Position numbers and translations under genes: made by a program. Of a stretch of 64,000 nucleotides of DNA, positions 46,430-56,851 are shown one piece after another. The DNA is from Candidatus Saccharimonadales bacterium (lineage in GTDB: Bacteria > Patescibacteriota > Saccharimonadia > Saccharimonadales > Saccharimonadaceae). The notes beneath the pieces are model-generated. The model had not been told where the DNA came from and searched no databases. It saw only the letters and a list, made by a program, of their open reading frames with translations. The DNA is taken from assembly GCA_049286925.1 (NCBI GenBank), contig JBAQEV010000017.1, forward strand, positions 285-64,284, given 5' to 3'. The stretch's first letter is position 1. Each line of letters opens with the position of its first letter.

Positions 46430-46912
46430 TCAATGTTTTGGCTTTTTGTCATGTAACCCAGCTGGTCGCGTAAAGAACAAATCTGCTACAGCCAGCGGCA
46501 ATCCCAACCCAATAATCGTGTCTTTGTTATTAAGCATCCAATTATACACATCGACTCCGAATCCTTGAAGATTTAGGATATGTCCCAGCGGAACAACCAA
46601 AAACGCCAATGCTAAAACCGTAAATAACGCCGCCCCAACAACTCGACCAATAAATGATTTGTAGGTATATCCATGGAACAACAATACTACCGGTGGCAAC
46701 ATCGTAATTGCCGCCAAAATAATAGCCGACGTCAACGGATTATAGGGCACTCCAAATACTCCAGCCACAAGTCCAGCGTTATAGCCCCAGATGCTACTCA
46801 GTAAATATCCCGAAGCCAGTGACAATCCCAATAGGCCAAATCGTCGTTTTGTGATATAGGATGCCACGAACAGCGACACCGCAAGTACCACAACGACAAT
46901 TATCACTTGCAT
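46430..46912 (-). CDS. Hypothetical membrane protein (5 TM)
   Basis: Hydrophobic ORF whose start overlaps the upstream gene's stop codon by 1 nt (46912). Confidence 0.6.
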   Translation of the reverse strand: MQVIIVVVVLAVSLFVASYITKRRFGLLGLSLASGYLLSSIWGYNAGLVAGVFGVPYNPLTSAIILAAITMLPPVVLLFHGYTYKSFIGRVVGAALFTVLALAFLVVPLGHILNLQGFGVDVYNWMLNNKDTIIGLGLPLAVADLFFTRPAGLHDKKPKH

Positions 46913-47403
46913 TACTTTACTCCACTCTCATCAAATTGAAACGAAGCCAGCGAATCGGACAAAATAGCTCTGCTGTCAACTGTTCCTGCTGGCAGCTCGA
47001 TAACGTATTTTGCCGATGTACGAGGAGTAAAAGTCTGCGGCGTCGAATCACCTGGCGGTTCAGCGTTTTTGACTATATAGACAACTTTTTTATTGCTGTC
47101 CAGCCAAATAATATCAATCGGCACTTTCATATCTTTCATCCAAATTGGCCACTTATCGGCCACTGGGAAAACCATCAAAAGCGCCTGGTCTGGCGTCAAT
47201 GAAGTTATATCAGAAAGACCTTTTTCCCGACTATAATCAGTTTTCGCGACCTGAGCTCTAAAAATACCATCGCCCAAGCGTACGTTAGTAGTTGACTGAG
47301 GCAAATTTGGGATAATCACAAATAACACCGCAGCAACAACAATCGCCGCGATTATTAGAATCACCATCCATTTATTAAGATCACGTCGCATTTTTAAACC
47401 CAA
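46912..47403 (-). CDS. DUF192 domain protein with an N-terminal anchor
   Basis: TM helix followed by a ...MKDMKVPIDIIWLDSNKKVVYI... pattern. Confidence 0.7.
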   Translation of the reverse strand: MGLKMRRDLNKWMVILIIAAIVVAAVLFVIIPNLPQSTTNVRLGDGIFRAQVAKTDYSREKGLSDITSLTPDQALLMVFPVADKWPIWMKDMKVPIDIIWLDSNKKVVYIVKNAEPPGDSTPQTFTPRTSAKYVIELPAGTVDSRAILSDSLASFQFDESGVK

Positions 47404-47463
47404 TACCTATGTATTACCATAAACATATTGTAACACTAGAAGCAGAGCGATGCGATTACTTAG

Positions 47464-48375
47464 TTAGGCGCCGACTTTGTCTTTTTTGTTGCGTCGTTTG
47501 GCATTCATTTCGACGTATTCGATAATTGGACCAGCAACGTTTCGCCCGGTAACTTTTTCAATACCAAATCCTGGGCTGGCATTAACCTCCAAAATCAACG
47601 GTCCGCGCTCGGATCGCATCATATCAACACCGGCAACGTTAAGCCCCATGGCCTTAGCTGCTTTGACTGCGATCTTTTTTTCTTCATCTGTTAGTTTAAC
47701 GATTTTGCCTTCTCCACCCTTGTGCAGATTTGACCTAAAGTCATCATCAAGACTCTGACGTTTCATGCTGGCAACTACACGGCTGCCCACTACGAAAGCA
47801 CGAATGTCGGTTCCGGCAGACTCTTCAACGAATTCTTGCAACAAAATATTAGTACCATCGTCATCAGTCAAATAAAATGCTTGCAAAACTGATTTAGCGG
47901 CTTTTTTGGTTTCGGCCAAAACAACTCCATTACCATGAGTTCCACGAGCCAACTTGATAATTACTGGCATTTTGCCGAGGCTAGCTAAAAGATCATCGAT
48001 GTCAGTCGTGTTGCGTGAAACAACCGTCTTTGGAATGCCAACACCTGATTTAGCTAACAGTTGCAGACTGCGCATTTTGTCACGCGATCTACTGATTGCA
48101 ATCGAGCTAGACGCTGTATAAACACCTTGCATTTCAAGCTGGCGAACAATCGCCGTGCCATATTTGGTCATATACGAAGCGATACGAGGAATAATTGCAT
48201 CAAATTTGCTTAGGTCTTGGCCACGATAATTCACGGTTGGATTGTTTTGCTCAATTGAAGCGTAACATTCTTTGTATTTAACTACTGTCACTTCATGGCC
48301 ACGTTTTTCGGCCTCTTCTTTTAGCCTTTTAGTCGAATAATTTCCTGGTCCATTTGATAAAATTGCGATTTTCAT
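47464..48375 (-). CDS. rimK: RimK-family ATP-grasp ligase (ribosomal protein S6 glutamate ligase-like)
   Basis: MKIAILS..., VIIKLARGTHGNGVVL, DIRAFVVG, EVNASPG. Confidence 0.9.
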   Translation of the reverse strand: MKIAILSNGPGNYSTKRLKEEAEKRGHEVTVVKYKECYASIEQNNPTVNYRGQDLSKFDAIIPRIASYMTKYGTAIVRQLEMQGVYTASSSIAISRSRDKMRSLQLLAKSGVGIPKTVVSRNTTDIDDLLASLGKMPVIIKLARGTHGNGVVLAETKKAAKSVLQAFYLTDDDGTNILLQEFVEESAGTDIRAFVVGSRVVASMKRQSLDDDFRSNLHKGGEGKIVKLTDEEKKIAVKAAKAMGLNVAGVDMMRSERGPLILEVNASPGFGIEKVTGRNVAGPIIEYVEMNAKRRNKKDKVGA

Positions 48376-48377
48376 AA

Positions 48378-48815
48378 TTATAATTTCTTCTTTCTATCGA
48401 TATCTAAATCTTGATTTATGCGGACATCAACCAGGATGTTATGTTCGCTCAAAAAACGTCTTCCTATCAGCACTTCATAATTCATATCTGATCTATTCGA
48501 TAAACCAATGCGAATACTGTATGCTATCCCTTTTATATCAATATTTGTTTCAAATAGATAGCGTTTAATTCTGTGTCCAGTCGAGCTACGGATATGGGTT
48601 CGCCAGTATTTATACAGCTCGGCTTTATGTCCATCAGGAAAGGTAATTTTAAGAGTTTTTCTACCATCAGCTTTGCTAATATATTCACGAATACGTGAAC
48701 AATGCAAAGCACCAGAGTAAGCTCCAGTATCAATCTTGGCTGACACATTAAATATACCGACTTCGGGCAAACTGATATTTTCGACAATACCAAAAACTGC
48801 TTGTATATCTTTCAT
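48378..48815 (-). CDS. Retropepsin-like aspartic protease (DUF785, 'ATP-dependent zinc protease' family, RimB-like)
   Basis: KIDTGAYSGALH (DTGA motif). Located directly upstream of rimK. Confidence 0.75.
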   Translation of the reverse strand: MKDIQAVFGIVENISLPEVGIFNVSAKIDTGAYSGALHCSRIREYISKADGRKTLKITFPDGHKAELYKYWRTHIRSSTGHRIKRYLFETNIDIKGIAYSIRIGLSNRSDMNYEVLIGRRFLSEHNILVDVRINQDLDIDRKKKL

Positions 48816-48884
48816 TTTGACCTAATTGCCCTTATGATTAGTATTTATTATATTGTATCACTTTTTTATGTTTTAGTCAATGTT

Positions 48885-49790
48885 CTATAGTAGCTTTTTG
48901 TCTATCATGGCAGCATAGGCGGTAATCTTTTCATTAATAAACGAGCCACCGTTAATCTGTGGTGCTCGGTTAACCTCCAGAATATACAACTTACCTGTAT
49001 TTTGGCTTATGATAATATCCACCCCCGCCGCGTCTAAAGCTTCTAGATTGACAGCTTTTAATATGTCAGATTTTACATTCTCATCAAAAATATCCACATT
49101 CTCTAGTCGTGGCGGCTCTTGGACCAAGCCATCTCGAAGTTGTTTATAAATTGAAGCCTGTGACCTTTTAATAATCACCGATATCTTGCCGCCGAATACC
49201 AAAACTCGATAAACGCCGTCATTCGGAATATACTCCTGAACAACAAATTGAATATCAGATTTTCTGGCAAGTTTTTTATCAAGTTTGCCTGAGTCCATTA
49301 TTAGATAATTGCCATGGCTTTTTTTGCTAATATTAGCCTTTAGGACTATCGGATAATTAAGACCTGCTTCATTAATATACTTTTCCAGATGTTTCGGATC
49401 AGCATAAATAGTTCGAGGAGTTGGGGTCACTAGGCCTAGTCGAAACCTTTGCATAGCGCAAGACAGTTTGCCAGCGCCGCGCATCTCGAGATAACTATCA
49501 ATAAATGGCACGTTTTTCATCCGCAGATAGTGCGCCAAGGCAATTCCCTGGTCTAATGATTTGCCGACGCTTCGGATAATTACCAAATTATAGGACGCAA
49601 TATCGTTACCGGTGACGACGTCAAACACTTTGCAACCATCAACAGATAAATCAAATACTAAGTCTGGCATCAAACTGATGTCAATAATGGGGTGCGACGA
49701 GATTTTTTCGTGCAGGGCATCAGGAAAAGATCGCCTATCGAAATCAGGCTTGGTTGATGCCGTTGACGATATTAGCAGTATTCTTTTCAT
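48885..49790 (-). CDS. Second RimK-like ATP-grasp enzyme
   Basis: ATP-grasp layout (PIVLKANISKKSHGNYL, YRVLVFGG, LEVNRAPQ). Confidence 0.75.
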   Translation of the reverse strand: MKRILLISSTASTKPDFDRRSFPDALHEKISSHPIIDISLMPDLVFDLSVDGCKVFDVVTGNDIASYNLVIIRSVGKSLDQGIALAHYLRMKNVPFIDSYLEMRGAGKLSCAMQRFRLGLVTPTPRTIYADPKHLEKYINEAGLNYPIVLKANISKKSHGNYLIMDSGKLDKKLARKSDIQFVVQEYIPNDGVYRVLVFGGKISVIIKRSQASIYKQLRDGLVQEPPRLENVDIFDENVKSDILKAVNLEALDAAGVDIIISQNTGKLYILEVNRAPQINGGSFINEKITAYAAMIDKKLL

Positions 49791-49831
49791 CGTGATGCCA
49801 CTTTATATCTTTAATAACAAGATAGCAAGGC

Positions 49832-50935
49832 TTAAAATACGCCGAACTTTTTGCTGCCACTGAATTGTTCGAGTAATTCTTTTTGCTTTTTTGAAAGTTT
49901 GGTAGGCGTATCGACGATAATGCTGACGATGTGTGGACCACGTTTGTCGTTTTTAATATGAGGTAAGCCATGGTTAGACAGTTTAAAGTCAGTTCTTGAT
50001 TGTGTGCCAGCCGGAACTTTCATGCGGACCTTGCCATCAACTGTGTCAACATCGATTTCGGTTCCCAAAGTAGCATCAACCATGCCGATGTGTTGCTCGG
50101 ACAAGATAATATCACCTTCACGAGTAAAATGTTTGTGGGCCTTGACGCGGATATGAACATATAGATCACCTTTTTCGCCCTTGCCGATTGCCTCGCCATA
50201 ACCATTCAGACGAATAGTCGCGCCATCATCAATGCCAGCCGGTATTTTAAGTTTAACGGTCTTTTTGCGCCTTTCGACGCCAGTTCCGCGACACACCGTA
50301 CAGACTTTTTCAGGGACCTTGCCACTACCACCGCAGGTGTCGCAAACAACTGCCTGTTGGATTTGACCAAAGATAGTATTTACAACTCGGTTGACCTGAC
50401 CAGCACCGCGACATGTTGGACAGGTTTTCATCTCATATCCAGGCTCGACTGTCGTGCCGTGACAATGTGAGCATTGATCGTTCATATCAAGCTCAATTTT
50501 TTCTTCAATACCAAATACTGCCTCTTCAAAAGTTAGCTGCATCGTTGTTTCGACGTCGCGACCACGCCTTGGTCCGCGCTGTTGGCCACCACCACCAAAG
50601 AATTGTCCAAAGATGTCGCCTAATCCACCGTCACCGAAGTCAAAGTGAACATTTTGGCCATTAAAGCCGCCGCCGAATGGGTTTCCACCCGGTGCGCCAC
50701 CGTTGTTACCACCGACACCAGCATGGCCAAATTGGTCGTAGCGTTGACGCTTTGAACTATCTTTTAATACTTCATAGGCTTCGCTGGCTTCTTTAAATTT
50801 AGTCTCGTCACCACCATCTTTATCGGGGTGGTGTTTAACAGCCGCCTTGCGATAAGCTTTTTTAATCTCATCATCCGAGGCGTCTTTGGAAATCCCTAAT
50901 ATTTCATAATAATCACGTTTTGTCATCTGTATCAA
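49832..50935 (-). CDS. dnaJ: Co-chaperone DnaJ
   Basis: J domain (HPD), G/F region, four CxxCxGxG zinc motifs. Confidence 0.97.
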   Translation of the reverse strand: MIQMTKRDYYEILGISKDASDDEIKKAYRKAAVKHHPDKDGGDETKFKEASEAYEVLKDSSKRQRYDQFGHAGVGGNNGGAPGGNPFGGGFNGQNVHFDFGDGGLGDIFGQFFGGGGQQRGPRRGRDVETTMQLTFEEAVFGIEEKIELDMNDQCSHCHGTTVEPGYEMKTCPTCRGAGQVNRVVNTIFGQIQQAVVCDTCGGSGKVPEKVCTVCRGTGVERRKKTVKLKIPAGIDDGATIRLNGYGEAIGKGEKGDLYVHIRVKAHKHFTREGDIILSEQHIGMVDATLGTEIDVDTVDGKVRMKVPAGTQSRTDFKLSNHGLPHIKNDKRGPHIVSIIVDTPTKLSKKQKELLEQFSGSKKFGVF

Positions 50936-50945
50936 TTGTAATAAA

Positions 50946-50972
50946 TTAGCACTCTTATTTCAAGAGTGCTAA
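50946..50972. promoter_or_regulatory. CIRCE operator (perfect) upstream of dnaJ
   Basis: TTAGCACTC-TTATTTCAA-GAGTGCTAA. Confidence 0.9.
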
Positions 50973-50996
50973 TAGTTAGATTAGTCAATTGTTTAT

Positions 50997-52907
50997 TTAT
51001 TTCTTTTCGTCAACGATTTCACCTTCGACGGGTTCATCTTTTTTAGAATCACCTTCTGGCGCTCCCTCGTTTCCCTTTTCTGGATCCCCAGCCCCGGCAT
51101 CCTTGGATGCCTGTTCGTACATTTTGGCACCGATTGGCATAATAATGTCATTCAATGCCTTAATGGCTGCTTCCAGCTCTTCTTTGTCTTCGCTGGCCTG
51201 ATGTTTTTTGGCTTCTTCGACGGCGTCAGTGATAACTTTTTTGTCTTCGTCACTGATTTTATCTTTGAATTCATCCGGCATTTTGCTGGCTTGATAAATT
51301 GCGCTTTCGAGTTGGTTGCGTACGTCAATCACTTCACGCTTTTTCTTGTCTTCATCGGCGTGCATTTCAGCCTCTTTTTGAGCTTTTTCGATATCTTCTT
51401 TTGATAAGTTACCACTGTTAGATATGGTGATGCTTTGTTCTTTGCCTGTACCTTTATCTTTGGCGGTAACATTCATGATACCGTTGGCATCAATGTTGAA
51501 CGTAACCTCAATCTGTGGAACGCCGCGTGGCGCAGGTGCGATGCCATCCAAAGTAAAGCGACCGAGTGACTTGTTGTCGCGGGCAAACTCGCGCTCACCC
51601 TGCGTAACATGGATTTCAACTTGCGGCTGGCTGTCTGATGCAGTCGAGAACGTTTCTGACTTAGAGGTTGGGATAGTCGTATTGCGATCAATTAGTTTGG
51701 TTGCAACACCGCCCATAGTCTCGATTCCAAGCGAAAGTGGAGTAACGTCCAGCAGCAGAACATCTTTGACATCACCGGCCAAAACACCACCTTGAATAGC
51801 AGCACCAACGGCTACAACTTCATCTGGGTTAACGCCTTTTAGCGGTTCTTTGCCGAATAATTCTTTGACTTTTTCGACAACGATTGGCATTCGGGTCATA
51901 CCACCGACTAGGACGACTTCATCAATTTGACTAGCTTTCAGACCAGCATCTTTTAGGGCCTTGTTGACTGGATCAGCTAGGCGAGTAATCAGGTCGGCAA
52001 TCAGCTCTTCGAGTTTTGAACGAGTCAATTTGTACTCAAAATGTTTTGGTCCTTCGGCATCAGCGGTAAGGAACGGCAGATTAATCTCGTACTCATTAGT
52101 TGATGAAAGTTCTTTTTTCGCCTTCTCTGCTTCGTCTTTAAGGCGCTGCATGGCTGCCTTGTCACCTTTTAGATCAATGCCTTGGTTTGCCTTAAATACG
52201 TCCAGGAAGTGATTTACAATACGATTATCGAAGTCTTCGCCGCCAAGGTGTGTATCGCCGTTGGTAGATTTGACTTCAAAGACACCATCACCAAGTTCAA
52301 GGATCGAGATGTCGAACGTACCACCACCAAGGTCAAAAACAGCTATCTTTTCTTCTTTTTTGCTTTCTAGCCCATAGGCTAACGCCGCAGCAGTTGGTTC
52401 GTTAATAATTCGCTTGACCTCTAGGCCAGCGATTTTACCAGCATCCTTGGTTGCTTGACGTTGACTATCGTTAAAGTAAGCCGGAACAGTAATGACGGCC
52501 TCAGTAACTTTTTCGCCCAAGAACGCTTCGGCGTCGGCTTTTATTTTTGACAAAATCATTGCTGATACTTCTTCTGGAGTGTAGTCCTTGTCGCCCATTT
52601 TTAATGCTACACCATCACCTTTTTTGACGATTTCGTATGGCATGATATCTAGGTCCTTTTGGACTTCTGAATCGCTAAATTTGCGACCGATTAAACGCTT
52701 AACACCATAGATAGTGTTTTTAGCATTAGTCACACGTTGACGTTGAGCTACTTGCCCAACTAAACGCTCACCACTTTTATTAATAGCGACAACACTTGGC
52801 GTTGTACGGTTGCCTTCAGCATTAGCGATAACATCTGGCTTACCAGCTACCATGTACGCGACGGCGCTGTTAGTTGTACCGAGGTCAATTCCTATAATCT
52901 TACCCAT
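50997..52907 (-). CDS. dnaK: Chaperone DnaK (Hsp70)
   Basis: [17 protein letters not shown] and a C-terminal acidic tail. Confidence 0.98.
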   Translation of the reverse strand: MGKIIGIDLGTTNSAVAYMVAGKPDVIANAEGNRTTPSVVAINKSGERLVGQVAQRQRVTNAKNTIYGVKRLIGRKFSDSEVQKDLDIMPYEIVKKGDGVALKMGDKDYTPEEVSAMILSKIKADAEAFLGEKVTEAVITVPAYFNDSQRQATKDAGKIAGLEVKRIINEPTAAALAYGLESKKEEKIAVFDLGGGTFDISILELGDGVFEVKSTNGDTHLGGEDFDNRIVNHFLDVFKANQGIDLKGDKAAMQRLKDEAEKAKKELSSTNEYEINLPFLTADAEGPKHFEYKLTRSKLEELIADLITRLADPVNKALKDAGLKASQIDEVVLVGGMTRMPIVVEKVKELFGKEPLKGVNPDEVVAVGAAIQGGVLAGDVKDVLLLDVTPLSLGIETMGGVATKLIDRNTTIPTSKSETFSTASDSQPQVEIHVTQGEREFARDNKSLGRFTLDGIAPAPRGVPQIEVTFNIDANGIMNVTAKDKGTGKEQSITISNSGNLSKEDIEKAQKEAEMHADEDKKKREVIDVRNQLESAIYQASKMPDEFKDKISDEDKKVITDAVEEAKKHQASEDKEELEAAIKALNDIIMPIGAKMYEQASKDAGAGDPEKGNEGAPEGDSKKDEPVEGEIVDEKK

Positions 52908-53003
52908 TATTTTATATCTCCTATTCGTTAATGCTTACTAAATATCTTGTTACAATTTTAGCACTCAAGTACCTTGATTGCCAATATCCTAATTGTAAAT
53001 TAA

Positions 53004-53030
53004 TTAGCACTCGTATGTCAAGAGTGCTAA
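53004..53030. promoter_or_regulatory. CIRCE operator (perfect) upstream of dnaK
   Basis: TTAGCACTC-GTATGTCAA-GAGTGCTAA. A degenerate second copy starts at 52958 (TTAGCACTC-N9-GATTGCCAA). Confidence 0.9.
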
Positions 53031-53060
53031 TTAATTATATAATTTTATCAGTATAAAAAA

Positions 53061-54263
53061 CTATTTTGCAACACGGAACCCTATATATGTACCTGGGTAA
53101 CTAGGCGCATTGTTCAAGCCCAAATACAGAACACCTGAACCTGTTGCGCTACCCCAACCTCCACTACGCAAGAACCCACGAAGTGTCGTGTCTTCATAGC
53201 TACTATAGATATTTCCTATGCCATTTGCCGTAGTCCACGTATTTGCTCCTGATATTCCAGTTGCGCTTGGAGATGGATCAATTGCTAAAGTACCAGGATA
53301 GGTTATAGCGGTCCATTCACGAACAGCCCAGCCAGCACCTATTACGCCTGGTTTACGAATTGTATTTGTTCCAGACGTCCACTCAAAAACATTACCAGCT
53401 AAATCCCAAATAACTTCACCATTTGTCAACGTCAAAGTACGACGTTGCGAATCTCCAGTCGTCCCCCATGTAACAGTGCTATCCCCAGCAAAATTACTAG
53501 TGCCAAAATAGCCATTATTATCATCGGTATCAGCCGCTAATTGAGTATTGGGCGTCTGGTCACTATGGCCTATATAAATATAGCCACTACCAACCGTGCC
53601 ACCACTCCAGTTGCTATTAACACTTAGAACGTTTTGAGCAACAGTTAGCCATTCAGCTTCGGTGACTAAATGACAGCCAGTGCATGCTTCGTTTGCCCTA
53701 TTAATCGCAGTGCTTTGATTAATGACAGACCAAGGAAGACCAGCTGCCTGACTGGTAGCAGTACCGGTGTTTTTTGCCTCGTACTTCATGATACAAAAAT
53801 CACTTGTTCCATAAGTAGCACTGCCTGGCACAACAATAAAGCCTGTTGGACAAGACAAAGCAAGAGTTGGTATCGAATCATTCGTAATCTTATAAGTTAA
53901 ATCCCCATTCACAGCATTCAAAGTAAAAGTCTTGGGATTAGTAGTATTATTAGCGCTATAAGAAGTAAAACTGTTATCGGAACTGGCCTTTAGACACATA
54001 TTATCAGCACCAGCTGGTACAAAGCATTTGCTGCCGTCTAAGGAGTCAGGGTAGTTACCGTTAATATCAGATACTTGATAAAGTCTAAGTTGTTGAGAGG
54101 CACCGGTTAAATCTGATTGTAATGAGGCTATTTTAGCTCTTTGTTGTATGCCTGAGTAGGATATTATGACTAATGTAGCTAGGGTGCCGATGACGACTAT
54201 TACGACGAGAAGTTCGACGATAGTGAAGGCGGATTGAGTGGATGATTTTGTTTGCTTAAACAT
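53061..54263 (-). CDS. Prepilin-type N-terminus fused to an FGE-sulfatase (SUMF1) domain
   Basis: N-terminus QSA|FTIVELLVVIVVIGTLATLVIISYSG. The C-terminal part has CIMKYEA, NVFEWTSG, LRSGGWGS and YIGFRVAK, the typical SUMF1-domain landmarks. Confidence 0.8.
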   Translation of the reverse strand: MFKQTKSSTQSAFTIVELLVVIVVIGTLATLVIISYSGIQQRAKIASLQSDLTGASQQLRLYQVSDINGNYPDSLDGSKCFVPAGADNMCLKASSDNSFTSYSANNTTNPKTFTLNAVNGDLTYKITNDSIPTLALSCPTGFIVVPGSATYGTSDFCIMKYEAKNTGTATSQAAGLPWSVINQSTAINRANEACTGCHLVTEAEWLTVAQNVLSVNSNWSGGTVGSGYIYIGHSDQTPNTQLAADTDDNNGYFGTSNFAGDSTVTWGTTGDSQRRTLTLTNGEVIWDLAGNVFEWTSGTNTIRKPGVIGAGWAVREWTAITYPGTLAIDPSPSATGISGANTWTTANGIGNIYSSYEDTTLRGFLRSGGWGSATGSGVLYLGLNNAPSYPGTYIGFRVAK

Positions 54264-54320
54264 TGTATTATTCCATGGTTAGTTTTGATTATATTATTAA
54301 AACACAACTCTATATGTACA

Positions 54321-55535
54321 TTAACTACATAAGGGCGGATCCTTTAAACAATTGTTAATATATTGCTCGGCTCTTCGAGCAATTTCGGATGCTTCGTTGG
54401 TTGATATTACGTAGATCGGTTTTTTGCGTAGTGCCGAGATATTAGTTGGCTCAGTTGGCTCGTATGTATGGTCGTTTGTCTTGTGATTATGTTTGAAGCC
54501 TAAAAATCCCAATTCTTCAATGATTCGGCCACGAATAATATATGATCTTTCGCCGACAGTGCCAGTGAAAACAATCGAATCTACCCCGCCCATGCCAGCT
54601 GCCATCTGTCCAATCGCCTGTTGAATACGATAAACATACATTTTTAATGCCAGACTAGCTCGCTCATCACCGTCGTTTTCAAGTGTTATTAATTGACGAA
54701 TATCATTTGAGCTGCCGCTGATGCCCAAAAGGCCACATTTAGTATTTAGGTAATGCTCGAGTTCGTTATCGGTAAAATGAAGCCGGCGTTTGATTGCCAG
54801 CGCTGCCGTAACATCGATGCTGCCGCTGCGCGAAGCCATCACCAGACCCTCAAGTGGCGTATAGCCCATGGTCGTATCATAGCTGTCGCCATTATAGACT
54901 GCTGTTACGCTGCTGCCACTGCCCAGGTGGCAGACAATGGTCTTGGGCTGCAAAATATCACTGTCTTTTAACTTCTCAACAACCGAAGCAATCGATATGC
55001 CATGATAGCCAAAACGTTTTATGTCGTGCCTTTCGGCCATTTCGGTGTCAATTCCATAGTTTGAAGCCCAGGTTGGTTTAGTGGCATGAAAGGCACTGTC
55101 AGATACCGCAACAATTGGTGTGCCCGGCAGATGTTTTTTAAGTTGTCTCACTTCAGCCAAAAAAGTAGTAATATGCAATGGAGCAACTTCTTTGACTTTT
55201 TCTAAAACCACTTCAATCTCTGGAGAAATCAATTCATCCTGCATAAAAAGACGACTTGGAGCAACCAGCCTTATACCAATAGCAGCAATCGTCCCAATAC
55301 TACTGATTAAGTTATTTTCTAACAAAATAGGCTCGACATAACGCGAAACCCTTGATAAATCAATGTCTTCGCAAGGTATGGTTATTTTACTGCCGCCAAA
55401 CTCAACCTCGTTAACAACCCTGCCGTCTATAAATTCAAAATAAATACTGGCTTTTTCTTGATTACCAGAATACAAGGCATATTTACGACTGGCGCTGCCG
55501 GGGTTTACGACAAGTACCATTGGTCTATTTGTCAT
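54321..55535 (-). CDS. ackA: Acetate kinase
   Basis: VLVVNPGSASRKYALY, FGYHGIS and VFTGTVGE motifs. ATG at 55535. Confidence 0.9.
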   Translation of the reverse strand: MTNRPMVLVVNPGSASRKYALYSGNQEKASIYFEFIDGRVVNEVEFGGSKITIPCEDIDLSRVSRYVEPILLENNLISSIGTIAAIGIRLVAPSRLFMQDELISPEIEVVLEKVKEVAPLHITTFLAEVRQLKKHLPGTPIVAVSDSAFHATKPTWASNYGIDTEMAERHDIKRFGYHGISIASVVEKLKDSDILQPKTIVCHLGSGSSVTAVYNGDSYDTTMGYTPLEGLVMASRSGSIDVTAALAIKRRLHFTDNELEHYLNTKCGLLGISGSSNDIRQLITLENDGDERASLALKMYVYRIQQAIGQMAAGMGGVDSIVFTGTVGERSYIIRGRIIEELGFLGFKHNHKTNDHTYEPTEPTNISALRKKPIYVISTNEASEIARRAEQYINNCLKDPPLCS

Positions 55536-55580
55536 TGCCACCCCCCCATTAAGCTTAAGTATTACCAATATTGTATCATA

Positions 55581-56090
55581 TTACTGCCTGGTCACTTTAA
55601 CCATAGCGTGACGAATTGGATATTCGTCCAGCGTGTAACCTGGTTGCAATTCTTCGGAAATAACCTCTTGTTCGCCGGTTGCTTCTTCGTCAAATTGAAT
55701 CGCATCATGCAGCTCGGGGTCGAAAATAGCACCTGGTTTTGCATCGATTCGCCTTAAACCCAAACCTTCCAATGATTTTTCAAGATTCTTAGTCAGTCCA
55801 GTGACGCCCTGAACCCAAATATTATCCTTGATGTCGTCAGGTGCATGATTCAGCGCGCGCTCGATGTTGTCAATAACTGGCAATAATTTCAAAATAGCAC
55901 TGGCCCGTCCAGATTCGCGAGCTGATGCCTTTTCGGCCTCGACACGTTTACGATAATTTTCAAAATCCGCCCTGGTGCGCTGCAAATCCTGCATCAGTTC
56001 ACCCAGTTTTTGCTCAAACTCAATCTCTTTTTTCGACTTCTTCATCTTTCCCGCCATATTTTCTTTGTTATTTTCCTTATCCTCTACCAT
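55581..56090 (-). CDS. grpE: Nucleotide exchange factor GrpE
   Basis: RTRADFENYRKR and a C-terminal beta domain. Confidence 0.95.
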   Translation of the reverse strand: MVEDKENNKENMAGKMKKSKKEIEFEQKLGELMQDLQRTRADFENYRKRVEAEKASARESGRASAILKLLPVIDNIERALNHAPDDIKDNIWVQGVTGLTKNLEKSLEGLGLRRIDAKPGAIFDPELHDAIQFDEEATGEQEVISEELQPGYTLDEYPIRHAMVKVTRQ

Positions 56091-56118
56091 ATACTACCTA
56101 CCACCTACTATCTACCAA

Positions 56119-56832
56119 CTAAAGTATCTCCTCTAGCATTGCGCCAGCATGCCTGACAAGGCGCATAACCTTGGCATAGCTTTGCCTGGTTGGGCCTAAA
56201 ACGCCGATATAACTTCTGTCGCTGTACGGCGAACGATAACGGCTAATAATCAAACTGACGCCGCTGGTCTTGCCAATTGGGTTTTCGGCTCCAATATAAA
56301 CATTCAGCGGTTCGTTTGGTGCAGCCTCACGCAACCATGGTTCAAGGTTATCAAGCAATCTAGCAACCGACTGCGCATGGTTGACCTGCAAGAATTCAGG
56401 TTGAGAGAAAAGATTACCAATACCACTCATATATAATTCATCGCCAATCGTAGCAATACCCAGGTTGTGAGTTAATTCAACCAGACTGTCAACGGCACTC
56501 CGAATTGCACGATTGGTATGTTCGCTGTGATTAGAAACCCTAGCTTCTAATGCCTTAAACCCACGGTCTGATCCACCAGTTGGAAGGTTTTTGTCGTAGC
56601 CTTCGTTAATCATATTGACGTAAAAACGATATCCCAGATCTGTTGGTATTCGGCCAGCACTGGTGTGCGGCTGCATAATTAAGCCCATTTCTTCCAGTTT
56701 TACCATTTCGCTGCGAATAGTCGCACTGGACACACCAAATAGTTTTGCCAACATCACACTCCCAACCGGTGCCGCAATTTCGGCATGCTGCTCGATGATA
56801 CTGGCGAGTATTTGAATCTGGCGGTCTGTCAT
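56119..56832 (-). CDS. hrcA: Heat-inducible repressor HrcA (short, ~237 aa)
   Basis: Winged HTH (LAKLFGVSSATIRSEMVKLEEMGLIMQPHTSAGRIPT). A CIRCE-like site lies upstream. Confidence 0.85.
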   Translation of the reverse strand: MTDRQIQILASIIEQHAEIAAPVGSVMLAKLFGVSSATIRSEMVKLEEMGLIMQPHTSAGRIPTDLGYRFYVNMINEGYDKNLPTGGSDRGFKALEARVSNHSEHTNRAIRSAVDSLVELTHNLGIATIGDELYMSGIGNLFSQPEFLQVNHAQSVARLLDNLEPWLREAAPNEPLNVYIGAENPIGKTSGVSLIISRYRSPYSDRSYIGVLGPTRQSYAKVMRLVRHAGAMLEEIL

Positions 56833-56851
56833 AACGTTATTATAACTTGCC

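Noticed and set aside
50989-52370. Several + strand ORFs (50989..51201, 51201..51404, 51424..51795, 51961..52212, 52182..52370)
   Set aside because: All are antisense to the highly conserved dnaK CDS.
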